A stretch of 64,000 nucleotides of DNA. Origin: Callorhinchus milii. Taxonomy: Eukaryota. Where the stretch lies: contig NW_024704742.1 of NCBI RefSeq assembly GCF_018977255.1, positions 55,306,001 to 55,370,000 of the forward strand, read 5' to 3'. Under the pieces are notes generated by a model. The model saw only the letters and a list, made by a program, of their open reading frames with translations, was not told where the DNA came from and did not search any database. The position numbers and the translations under genes were made by a program. This document shows, in pieces, positions 25,657 through 36,458 of the stretch (positions within the stretch are counted from its first letter, which is position 1; each line of letters opens with the position of its first letter).

Positions 25657-26665
25657 GGTCCTCACTCAACCTCTCCTTACACATAAACTCCCCCACTCAC
25701 AGTCACCCACTCGATTTGGTGATCACCCGGGGCCTCAGTGTCTCGGATGTCACTATTACCGACAAGGCCATCTCTGACCACTACTTCATCTCCTTCACCA
25801 CCTCCACCAGACCCACCACCATCTTCTACCGCCCCTGGAAGAAGTTACCCCCACAATCCCTAACCGCTGCCTTGGAGTCCTCTGAACTCCTCTCCCTCTG
25901 ACCTTCAACCCTCACCGACCACACAACTGGCACCGCCTTCCATCACCTCCGGAACATCGCCAGACTATGGCACTACCTCACCCCTCACGCTGCTGAAACC
26001 CTGGTCCACGCCTTTATCACCTCAAGGCTGGACTATGGGAACTCTCTCCTCGCCGGCCTTCCCGCCACCTCCCTCCACACTGCAGGTCATTCAGAACTCT
26101 GCAGCTCGTGTACTGTCCCGCACCAGGACCACATCACTCCCACCCTCGCTCGCCTCCACTGGCTTCCCATCCCCCAGAGGATCGAATTCAAGATCCTCAT
26201 CCTAACCTACAAGGCCATTCACGGCCTTGCTCCCTCCTACCTCTCCAACCTACTATCCCCCTACCTACCTGCCCGTACCCTCCGTTCCTCTGGCTCCGGT
26301 CTGCTCCACATCCCCCGCCCCAACCGCCCTACCATCGGTGGTCGGGCCTTCAGCCTCTCAGCCCCGAGGCTCTGGAACTCTATCCCCCATTCGCCGCTTC
26401 CTCCCTTTCCTCCTTCAAGGCCGGTCTCAAGACCTTTCTCTTTGACTGTGCCTTCAGCTCCCCTCTCGACTCTCTACCCCCTCCTCGCTCCCTCCCTTCC
26501 CTCCCCTCCCCTGACCATTTCCCCCCTCCTCGCTCCCTCCCTTCCCTCCCCTCACCCTGACCATTTCCCCAATGCTCGGGTCATGACCCAACTGTACAGC
26601 GCCTTGGGACGTCCTCCTGACGTGAAAGGCGCTCTATAAATGGAATCTTGTTGTTGTTGTTGTTG
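25657..26665 (+). mobile_element. Young L2 LINE: endonuclease-end segment joined to 3' part
   Basis: HINSPTHSHPLDLVITRGL..KAISDHYFISF, then from about 25921 the ORF2 C-terminal region and (TTG)n tail; small tandem duplication at 26475-26570. Confidence 0.9.
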
Positions 26666-26877
26666 AGGTCTCCAACAGCCGTCGCGGCGGCGCCGTTCCT
26701 TTTCCGCCGGTCTCGCCCTTCGACCGCTTCCCCCCCACTCCCCGGCCCTCGGCCCCCACCCCCTCCGCCCAGACCCCCCCCCCTGGACCTTCCCCCAGAC
26801 CACCCCCCATGATTAACGAGGGGGTAACAGGGCTCCGGCTCCCACCGCCCTCCAAATAACCGGGGGGGGGGGGGGGG

Positions 26878-27030
26878 ATTGGCTGCCGCGCGCGCCGCCC
26901 ACCGACGCACGGTCACTACACACAGTCACTACACTTCGCGGTCTGCGCTCTGCGAAGCGCTTCGGGAGACGTCGAGGAGACGCGCTCTGTCAAACGCCAG
27001 GACTGTCGCTGCTGCTGTTATTGTTGTTGA
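26878..27030 (+). mobile_element. SINE 3' half, strongly GC-shifted
   Basis: Collinear with 18515-18635: TTGGCTGCCGCG..GCCCAC..TCTG(C)GAAGCGCTT..GCGCT(C)T(G)TCAAA(C)GC(C)AGGA. Confidence 0.8.
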
Positions 27031-27110
27031 TGCCGCCGACGCCTGGTGGTGGGGGCGGTGGTGGGGGCGGCGATTGTGGGAGAGACGTGTTGGGAAGCGG
27101 AGTCACTCAC

Positions 27111-27173
27111 GGGCGGTAGGTCCTGAGCCACAGAGGAGAGCGCCGGGAGGAGGAGGAGGAGGAGCGGCGCCAT
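27111..27173 (-). CDS. ASAH1: Acid ceramidase exon 1, coding part (signal peptide)
   Basis: GCGAAGATGG Kozak context; MAPLLLLLLPALSSVAQDLPP; GTGAGT donor in phase 0, matching exon 2. Total CDS 1173 nt = 390 aa. Confidence 0.9.
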
Positions 27174-27484
27174 CTTCGCTGTCACTGACTGTCACTGGCG
27201 GCGGCGGCGGCCCCGCGCAGGCGCACTCTGCCACAGGGGCCCGGGAGCCGTCACTGCGCGCGCACCGCGTGGGGGGGGGTCAGCACTCTCTGCTGCCGCC
27301 ACCACTGAGCGAAGGACTCGGTTTCCAGCAGCGACAGCGGCGCTGACGTGTACTGTGTGACGGCCGAGGAACCACAGGTCCGGGCGGCAAAACCCAGGCC
27401 AGGAAATTAGAAGTTGTGAATGAGAAGCACTCCCTCCCCCCCCCTCACCCCCCGTACACATGGGCTGTGCCGCCCAGCGAGCGG

Positions 27485-27560
27485 CACGTGACTTGAGCGC
27501 GTGACGCCGTTGTTCCAGTTTTAGTGGAATCAGGTGATAGCGCTCAGTCAGTCATGTGAC
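27485..27560. promoter_or_regulatory. CLEAR/M-box-like E-boxes upstream of ASAH1
   Basis: CACGTGAC at 27485-27492, CGCGTGAC at 27498-27505, GTCATGTGAC at 27551-27560; lysosomal hydrolase promoters typically carry MiT/TFE CLEAR motifs. Confidence 0.6.
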
Positions 27561-28320
27561 CAGAGGGGGGGGGGCATGTGACCAGAGGGGGCATGTGACC
27601 AGGGGGGGGGGGCATGTGACCAGAGGGGGGGGGGGGCATGTGACCAGAGGGGGGCATGTGACCAGGGGGGGCATGTGACCAGAGGGGGGGGGGCATGTGA
27701 CCAGAGGGGGCATGTGACCAGGGGGGGCATGTGACCAGAGGGGGGCATGTGACCAGGGGGGCATGTGACCAGAGGGGGGCATGTGACCAGAGGGGGCATG
27801 TGACCAGGGGGGGCATGTGACCAGAGGGGGCATGTGACCAGAGGGGGGGCATGTGACCAGAGGGGGGGGGGGCATGCGACCAGGGGGGCATGTGACCAGA
27901 GGGGGGGCATGTGACCAGAGGGGGGCATGTGACCAGAGGGGGCATGTGACCAGAGGGGGCCATGTGACCAGAGGGGGCATGTGACCAGAGGGGGCATGTG
28001 ACCAGAGGGGGCATGTGACCAGGGGGGGCATGTGACCAGGGGGGGCATGTGACCAGGGGGGGCATGTGACCAGAGGGGGATGTGACCAGAGGGGGGGGGG
28101 GGGGCAATGCGACCAGAGGGGGGGGGGAGCAATGTGACCAGAGGAGGGGGGGCAATGTGACCAGAGGGGGGGGGCAATGTGACCAGAGGGAGGGGGGGGC
28201 AATGTGACCAGAGGGAGGGGGGGGCAATGTGACCAGAGGGGGTGGTAGCAATGTGACCAGAGGGTGGGGGGGGCAATGTGACCAGAGGGGGGGGGGCAAT
28301 GTGACCAGAGGGGGGGGGGC
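27551..28320. repeat. G-rich minisatellite, about 35 units of about 18-26 bp
   Basis: Unit CATGTGACCAGAG(G)n; distal units become CAATGTGACCAGAG(G)n. Confidence 0.96.
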
Positions 28321-28842
28321 TGTATTGTAGAAAGTTGATATCAACTCAGGTTTCTCACATGCAGAGGATTTTATTTTGCATTTTAAAGTTACATTAGATA
28401 AGATGTAGGACACAGAGGATTTCACTTTATGTAAATCCAGTATGAAATAAGATCGTCAACAGTGAAACCACTTGCAGATATTTTACATACAACTACACAG
28501 GAAGGCGTTTGTGTGGATTTAGCATTGGGGCCAGAAGTCAGCTGTTACTTTTTCTTCCCTATTCCTCTAAGTATCTCCATTACAGAATGTCATATTCATT
28601 CAAGTAATATGTTGCACCTGAATATAAAATCTATTTATACAGCAGAAATTAAAAACAACATTAATTGTATATGCAAGCACACCAAAAGTCCTCAGAACTT
28701 TTTTTAAAAAAATGGGTTGTTTTAAGTTACATATATACAAACACTGAATGTTGCTGGCTCTGCAGCAATATCTGCTCACCAAGCACCACAGAAAAATAAA
28801 TCCTTAAAAGATTCAATTAAACAAAAAACATATTAATTCACT

Positions 28843-28879
28843 TCATTTGCAGTATCTATCAGCTTTCATCTTGGCTCTC
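28843..28879 (-). CDS. FRG1: FRG1 exon 9 (37 nt incl. stop)
   Basis: RAKMKADRYCK*; CAG acceptor; conserved FRG1 C-terminus. Confidence 0.96.
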
Positions 28880-29064
28880 CTGCAAACCAAAAAACAGAAG
28901 TTACATGTTTGAAAAAAAACTCATGAAGAATTTCTAGAATGTAAATAACAATAATCCTTATATTTGGTATAGTCGTTCATGTCAGGAGGAAGTCCTGAAG
29001 CGCTTCACAGGATATCCTATAAAGCGCAGTGCCTGTATGCTCTTAAAACCTTATTCGTACCTAC

Positions 29065-29175
29065 CTATCTAGTAAAGCCTCATGGAAAGTACCATCTTCC
29101 CTGGCTTTTTTCAGCATTTTACTGTCCTCCTCGTTTACTCTCAGTTTCCGATCTTGAAAACTCTGGAACTTTTTT
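29065..29175 (-). CDS. FRG1: FRG1 exon 8 (111 nt)
   Basis: [39 protein letters not shown] acceptor, GTAGGT donor. Confidence 0.97.
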
Positions 29176-29310
29176 CTGCAACAGAAGAATATATTACATG
29201 AAAATTCAAAAATTAATCTGTAAAACATGCCTACGGTATAATAATTCAACATAAAACAACCCCCAAATTTACGTTAGCTAGGAAGGCTTTTTAAATTTAA
29301 AAATCACAGT

Positions 29311-30365
29311 TTAAGGGCAATGATGATTTATGCATTACATAACTAGTAATGGATTGATTTATGATTATAAAACTAGTAAATGGATGAACAACAACAACAA
29401 CAACAACAACAAGATTACATTTATAAAGCGCCTTTCACGTCAGGAGGACGTCCCAAGGCGCTGCATAGTTGGGTCATGACCCGAGCAGGGGGGAAATGGT
29501 CGAGGGGAGGGAGCAAGGAGGGGGGAAATGGTCAGGGTGAGCGGAGGGAAGGAGGAGCGAGGAGGGGGAAGAGAGTCGAGAGGGGAGCTGAAGGCACGGT
29601 CAAAGAGAAAGGTTTTGAGACCGGCCTTGAAGGAGGAAAGGGAGGAGGCGGCGAAGGCACTTGGGGATGGAGTTCCAGAGCCTCGGGCTGAGAGGCTGAA
29701 GGCCCGACCACCGATGGTAGGGGTTGGGCGGGGGATGTGGAGCAGACCGGAGCCAGAGGAACGGAGGGTACGGGCAGGTAGGTAGGGGATAGTAGGTTGG
29801 AGAGGTAGGAGGGAGCAAGGCCGTGAATGGCCTTGTAGGTTAGGATGAGGATCTTGAATTCGATCCTCTGGGGGATGGGAAGGCAGTGGAGGCGAGCGAG
29901 GGGAGTGATGTGGTCGCGAAGCCTGGTGCGGGACAGTACACGAGCTGCAGAGTTCTGAATGACCTGCAGCTTGTGGAGGGAGGTGGCGGGAAGGCCGGCG
30001 AGGAGAGAGTTCCCATAGTCCAGCCTTGAGGTGACAAAGGCGTGAACCAGGGTTTCAGCAGCGTGAGGGGTGAGGTAATGCCGAAGTCTATTTGTCTCTA
30101 CAAACACCATGATTAGGTGAACTTTTAGTTGCAGAATTTGGAAAATATTGCATACATTTGAAGCTTTAATATAATTCAAGAATGCCTATCCGAACTACTT
30201 TTTCCAAACAGTTTTACAATCTTGGATTATATTAAAGCTTCAAATGTATGCAATACTTTACAAATTCTGTAACTAAGAGTTCACCTAATATTGATGTTTG
30301 TAGAGACAAATAAGACTTCAATCCATTTACTGGTTATATAATACATAAATCATCATTGCCCTTAA
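29311..30365. mobile_element. Palindromic MITE-like element flanked by TTAA, split by an L2 insertion
   Basis: TTAA-GGGCAATGATGATTTATG at 29311 and CATAAATCATCATTGCCC-TTAA ending 30365; 30087-30180 is the inverted copy of about 30220-30315. Confidence 0.75.
29388..30086 (-). mobile_element. Young L2 LINE, 3' about 700 bp
   Basis: [65 protein letters not shown]; (TTG)n tail. Confidence 0.93.
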
Positions 30366-31239
30366 AATTAGTTAGCTTCACTTTATAAAGTGAAAGGGGC
30401 AGAAAATATAGGCAGAGAAACCAACAGGAATAAGAATAGATGACAATGTTCAACAACATTAAGAGAGTACAGAATCCACAAAGGATCAGACCAGAATGAA
30501 ACTATAAAGTATACATTAGTCATTTAATAATTCATTTTGTTTCTTGTCAGTGGTGATTTATTGCTTAAATTCATTAAGAACTATAGAATCAAAAATCAAA
30601 TTAAAGCCACCAATAGAACCATGAAAATAGAGCTGTATTTTCTGTCACTTTGCTAATGCCCCAAAGTGTTATAAAGCACTTTGGTGTCAAAAACTTCTAT
30701 TGTCACAGTATAAAATTTGTAGATGGAGCTCAGTGAACCTGTCCTCTTCAATCAGTGAAACATTGCAGACAGTTAGAAAGGTAGTAAGAGAACTTTCCTT
30801 TAATTTTTGATTCTTTGGGTCAAGTTTGTGCAAGTCAGTTTCTTTCTAGTTTAGATGAGGTTTAAGAGTTTCTTTAGGATGTCACAACTCTAATTTTTGA
30901 ATATCAGCTCTCTATTGCAATATTCTTGCAGGTTGAAGCTCCGAGTAGTGTAAGAAGCTGAGAAAGACTGCCTTATCAGCCTAAAATTGGGGCAGTTTTC
31001 TACTGTCAACTTCTCCCCACCAGAAACTACCAAAAACTGCACAAAGTAATTTCTATTAGAAACTAGTCACCGACAATAGAAAGATACTCATGCCAGCTGG
31101 ACATGTGAGCCCACAACCAGATGATGATATGATGATATACTGCAGCCATTGACAACCGTTGTAATTCTTATTTCAAATAATCTTGAATTGTTAGATCTTA
31201 TTCTGATAGTCAGAAGTTAAGCACCAGTCTTGTACATAC

Positions 31240-31331
31240 ACATAGTTGATTTCACACTGCTTCACATTGCCCTTGTCTTCCTCTATAAGTTCATCTTTCT
31301 TCTTTCTTTCAATTTCAGCAGAGGAACGGAT
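31240..31331 (-). CDS. FRG1: FRG1 exon 7 (92 nt)
   Basis: [33 protein letters not shown] acceptor, GTATGT donor. Confidence 0.96.
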
Positions 31332-31419
31332 CTGTTTTAAAATAAATGTGTTGGTTACTGATACAAGGTAAAATATACATAGGAGCTGCAGCTACAACTT
31401 GCTACTTTGTATGAGATAT

Positions 31420-32195
31420 CAGTCTATCTCAGTTGGTAGCACTCTCTGAGTCAGAAGATTGTGGTTTCAAGTCCTATGATGGAGTTTGAGACACTCCAAT
31501 GCAGTGCTGGGAAGCACTCCATTGTCAGAGATGCATCCTTCAAATGAGATGTTAAACTGAGCTCCCATCTGCCTTTAATAATAATAATAATCCTTGCATT
31601 TGATATAGCACCTTATCTAGTCTTTGGGATGTTTCAAAGCGCTTCACAGAATACACTGTAAAGTGAATTCACTACATATTTTGTAGGCAAAACACGGCAG
31701 CCAATTGCACACAGCAGTGTCCCACAAACAGTCGTGGGTTGAGTGACCAATTTTTTTGTGAAGGAATTATTACCCCCGGAAAAGCGATCCGTCAATCGAC
31801 TAACAACCAGGTTCCTACTTACTACTAAGGAAACAGAGGCGTGTGGAGTAAGGAAACTAGCCAGCTTCGCCCTGCCGGGAAGGCGAGTCTGGCTGGGTGT
31901 GTGTTGGAGGGGAGATTTGTTGGCTGATCTGTGACTATCAAATCCAAAGTCTTCAAATAATTTATTTAAAGCTTCAAATGTGTGCAATATTTTCCAAATT
32001 CTGTAACTAAAAGTTCACTTAATTGTGGTGTTTGTAGAGACAAATAGACTTCATCCATTTACTAGTTATATAATCTGGAGAGGCAAATGCTCTAACCACT
32101 GAGCTACAGGACTCCACGAGTTTCAAGGTGAACGTTGGCATTGTTTGAAAAGAGAAGGGAGTTGCTCTTAGTGTCCTAGCCAACAATCCTCCAGA
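31420..32195. mobile_element. Nested cluster: Deu-like SINE (+) interrupted by a tRNA-SINE (-, 31577-32117) that is itself interrupted
   Basis: Deu core stops at about 31576 and resumes at about 32120; SINE body 31577-31885 and head 32075-32117 are separated by about 190 bp of locally copied DNA. Confidence 0.7.
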
Positions 32196-32368
32196 TAAAA
32201 ATGGGCTATCTACAGCATTTCACTAGCTTGCTGAGTACTTCAGAATGGTCATATGGCACTTGTGAATTTAGTAAAAAAAAGAAAGCTTTCATCTCTTGGC
32301 ATGAGCAAGTGAAACAACATCAACTCATCATTCCCAGATTTTATACAAAATAAATCCACGTGACTGAC

Positions 32369-32473
32369 CTTTATCATCTCTTCCTCTCCAGCGGTTTTTT
32401 GTTTTGCCACAATGTCACCTTCTTCATTACAGGAGATGAAGCGGCTGTTTGAAGCCATCAACGCCAACTTTCC
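32369..32473 (-). CDS. FRG1: FRG1 exon 6 (105 nt)
   Basis: [37 protein letters not shown] acceptor, GTCAGT donor. Confidence 0.96.
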
Positions 32474-32519
32474 CTGAAAGAAGGTAAAGTATGTAACAGA
32501 GATGCACCCTATACAAAGA

Positions 32520-33402
32520 ACTTCCATATGTATGTGGATGACACCCAACTCTATCTTTCTGCCTCCACCCTCAACTCCAGGACCACTGCTGTCCTGACAG
32601 ACTGTCTGTCAGACATCAAGTCCTGGATGAGGGCAAATTTCCTACAGTTGAATGTGAACAAGACTGAGGTCCTCCTGATTGGCTCTCGCCAGCGCCTCAG
32701 CACCTCAGGCTCTGGCAACATCAACCTCCATGGTTGCACACTACAACTCACAAAGCCAGTCAGGAACCTCGGTGTCTTGTTCGACCCTCAATTGTCTTTT
32801 CTTCCCCACATCCAAGCCATGACACGCTCTGCCTTCCCTCACCTCCATAACATCACCCGACTCCACTACTACCTCACCCCTCAGGCCACTGAAACTCTTG
32901 TTCGTTCTGTCATCACCTCTGCAGCCTGTGTCCTCTCCCGCACCCATCTCCCCCATTCTCACCCGACTCCATTGGCTCCCTATCCTTCAGAGGATCCAGT
33001 TCAAGATCCTGGTCTTCACCTACAAAGCCCTCCATGGTCTCGCCCCACCCTACCTCTACGACCTCCTAACCCCTTACCAACCTGCCCGCTCCCTCCGCTC
33101 AGCCGGCTCTGGCCTGCTCCACCTCTCCCGCCCACCCGGCCCACCATTGACGGGAGAGCCTTCAGCCACTCTGCCCCCAACCTCTGGAATTCCATCCCCC
33201 AGTCACTCTGCCTCGGCCCCTCCTTAACCTCCTTCAAGTCCCGCCTCAAAACCCTCCTCTTCGACCATGCCATTGGTCACCCCCCTTTCCCTCGCCTCTT
33301 GCCCCGATCCCAGCTCGGGGCTGAAATGCTGTACACTGTCCAGCGCCTTGGGATGTCCTCCCGAAGTGAAAGGCGCTATACAAATGTAATCTTGTTGTTG
33401 TT
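32520..33402 (+). mobile_element. L2 LINE, 3' about 880 bp
   Basis: [41 protein letters not shown]; (TTG)n tail; internal deletions. Confidence 0.93.
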
Positions 33403-33748
33403 AACAGAAAGTATTTCAAAAATTATGCGTTGCTGGTTGTAAAGGCATCACCATCCAATGTAGCAATAGTCCGTACAGGCCAGTAGGTACAGGCTTGAAT
33501 CCTCGTCTCTGCTGAGTTATCTGATCATAGTCAGGATATAGCTATCACTGATCTTAATAAATAAATAATTTAAAGACTTCGGATTTGATAGTCACAGATC
33601 AGCCAACAAATCTCTCCTCCAACACCACTGACTGGCAATTTTGCTGTTTGGGATACTTGAAGAAAATGTGACAAAATACTTTTTAGGATTATTCCTCTCA
33701 AAGAATAGACACGATGAAAAAAACAGCAAATAACCATAAGTAACTTAC

Positions 33749-33863
33749 TTCCTGGAAAACTGGCTCCCACTGCTCTCTTGACCCAATTGCATCTGATCGT
33801 CCAATAACTACTGCATCGGAATTTATTCCCAGATATTTTCCATAGCCAGACTTTAGTGCTATT
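33749..33863 (-). CDS. FRG1: FRG1 exon 5 (115 nt)
   Basis: [40 protein letters not shown] acceptor, GTAAGT donor. Confidence 0.97.
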
Positions 33864-34375
33864 CTGTTGGAAATAATGTCAAATATAACAAAGCTTTTAA
33901 ATGGCTTAGATTGAGAATTATATTTAAAAAAATGAAAACAAGAGTTCTTCCACTGTGTCACAGATTGTGCCAGTCTAGTAATCTAATTATTATCTAACTT
34001 CTGTCGAATTGGTTCATTAAACATCATCCTGTCATAAATTTGCCTAATGTACCATACAGTAGTGCCATCAAATACCTTCATACTAGAGTAAAAAAAGAAC
34101 ATTCGCTTTCCCTCTAATAACCCTGAGAAAATATAAAAAATAGAATTCATATCAATGTCATTGTGCAAATATGAAAATTTCACCAGAATCTGTCCCTTTT
34201 TAATCTTGCTGCCTTGACTTACCTGAAGGTATTGTGGCAGGTTTACCTTTTTTAAAAAAAACTAATTTAGCATCATATCCTTTTAAGGCCTCCTTTTTAG
34301 GCTTAAAAAGATTACCTTATCCAATCATTCCTTCCACATCCTCTCCTCACAACACTTATCAATTGCATTTCTCAC

Positions 34376-34433
34376 CTGCTGTCCGACAACTTAATTGCAG
34401 TGAATTGCTCCGGAGGATCTGGGCCTTCATCAT
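34376..34433 (-). CDS. FRG1: FRG1 exon 4 (58 nt)
   Basis: DDEGPDPPEQFTAIKLSDSR; AG acceptor, GTGAGA donor. Confidence 0.96.
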
Positions 34434-35249
34434 CTGTTATAAAATATCATAAATCAAATGTTTCACTAAACTTAAAAAAAATTGATTAGCCATGCAGCAA
34501 ATTTAGAGGATAAATGATCTTTAAAACAATGATTCACTACGAATGCAGTCATTTTCAAACCAAACCATCCGTCTGAAATTGCACAGAAAAGAATTATATT
34601 TAAAAAATGATCATAAGATCATAATGGAAATATAAAATTCAATAGTATTAATATCATATATAAAGTTCAATAGTATTAATGACCAGAAGAGTAGCTAATT
34701 CTAGAAATCACTAAGTTGCATTAACTAAAATTTGCCAATTAAGTTTTCTTCCAACTCATATTCAAAATCCAAACCATTTTGTTTGGTCAGCCTGGTGTCT
34801 GACACATGAGGAAAACTATCACCGTGCTTAAGGCTATTCAAATCAGACAGAGTTCCACATATGCACGCCACCTATGCATAGAAATTTCTGTGTGTTTGGA
34901 TGGATGCACTTAGCTTACCGAATTCTGCAAAGTATTAGGTTGCAGGTTACTGAGAGCCGAGGCTGAAACCACATAGTGGCCACTGGCAAGCATCTGACTG
35001 CTTCTCCAGCGAGGACCACCCTACCCGTTAGGGCTTCAGTTTGCCATGATATCGCTGCAAGAATCCCTTCGCCAGTTGACTTATGAACCCATTGGCTGGT
35101 CTGTCATTACTTGTGCTTTGGAGGTCCTCAGACTGAATCAGATGACCCACTCCCGACGAGTACGATTCTATTTGAAATTCTCAGACAATAGCATTAGGTT
35201 TAAAAGCATTAACTATCACAGACAAAGAATTACAAATCATGTGACAAAC

Positions 35250-35372
35250 CTTTATGTGGTGCTCCAAGAGAAAAAAGACCATTGTCAAGGGCATGGATGA
35301 AGGTCCCTTTGCCCATCTCTATCGCCACAGTTCCTGTGATTGATCCAAAACCCTGGACTGCCCACCATCCTC
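35250..35372 (-). CDS. FRG1: FRG1 exon 3 (123 nt)
   Basis: [43 protein letters not shown] acceptor, GTTTGT donor. Confidence 0.96.
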
Positions 35373-35864
35373 CTATACAGATAAATCATTCATGTAACTT
35401 TGTGTAAGAGGTACTGTACCAAAGAGGACTTGGACAAGAACACAATGCGTAATACAGGGTGACTCCAGCATAAAATGCCTCGCTAGAGTGCGAGTGCCCT
35501 AAAATGCAGGTGCGCTGTGGTCTCTATGGATTAGCCGGCTTCCTGCACAATGCATGGAGCAGTCCATTTGGTCAGCTGAGCATTTTCCATCTCACAAGAG
35601 TAAACTTCCTGTGCAAACTAACCAATATCCTGCACAATCGGTGTGATCAGATGTGACCAATTTCATGATGGAAACGCTCAGCTTACCAACTGAAATGCTC
35701 TGTGCGTGTGCAGGAAGCCAGCTGGTTCATGCTCCAGGAGTATCATCAGTGGCAACCTGCTGACCCAGAAGAGGACTGGAGGTCATTTTCTCCCTGGATC
35801 TGTTATAAATGGTATTTAATTCTATCAACTGAGAACACTATTCCGCAAACCAATCAGCCCCGTT

Positions 35865-36380
35865 CTTGCCTGGCTTCATTGGCTCCCTATCCCTCAGAGA
35901 ATCGAGTGCAAAACCCTCGTTCTCACCTTCAAAGTCCTCCACAGTCTTGCTCCACCCTACCTCTCCGACCTCCTAACCCCATATCAGCCTCTCTGCTCCC
36001 TCCGCTCGGCGGACACCGGCTTCCTCCAGGTCCCCTGCACCATTCCACCATTGCCAGTCGAGCATTCAGCATGTCCCCGCACTCTGGAGCCCCCACACTC
36101 TGGAGCTCTATCTTGCAATCTCTCCGCCACCCTCTCTTGCCTCTTTCAACAATAACAAAATTAAATTTCTATAGCGCCTTTATAGGGGACGTCCCAAGGC
36201 ACTGGAGGTCAAGTCCCGTCTAAAGTCCTTACTCTTCGGCCACCTTCCCACTCCCAACTCCCCTGCCCTCCATCCCTCCTGACCCCAACTCCAACCTCAG
36301 GTCCAAACCCCTGACTGTCCAGCGCTCTGGGACGTCTTTCTGACGTGAAGGGCACTATACAAGTGTAATTTGTTGTTGTA
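35865..36380 (+). mobile_element. L2 3' fragment containing a short inverted tail piece (about 36148-36205)
   Basis: Matches L2 3' ends in the window. Confidence 0.8.
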
Positions 36381-36458
36381 TGTTATAGTGGGTTTCCTTG
36401 TAGCTTTCACTAAGCTTTTAAACATTGTGGTTCAATTATGTATTTGTAAGCCACTTAC

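Larger units (their letters stand above)
25040..27545. promoter_or_regulatory. CpG-island-like region over the ASAH1 promoter, exon 1 and proximal intron 1
   Basis: Visibly high GC and CpG density (25140-25660, 26670-27545) against an AT-rich background. Confidence 0.8.

Noticed and set aside
27544..28425. Three overlapping proline-rich ORFs
   Set aside because: All three frames are open because the tandem repeat has no stop codons.
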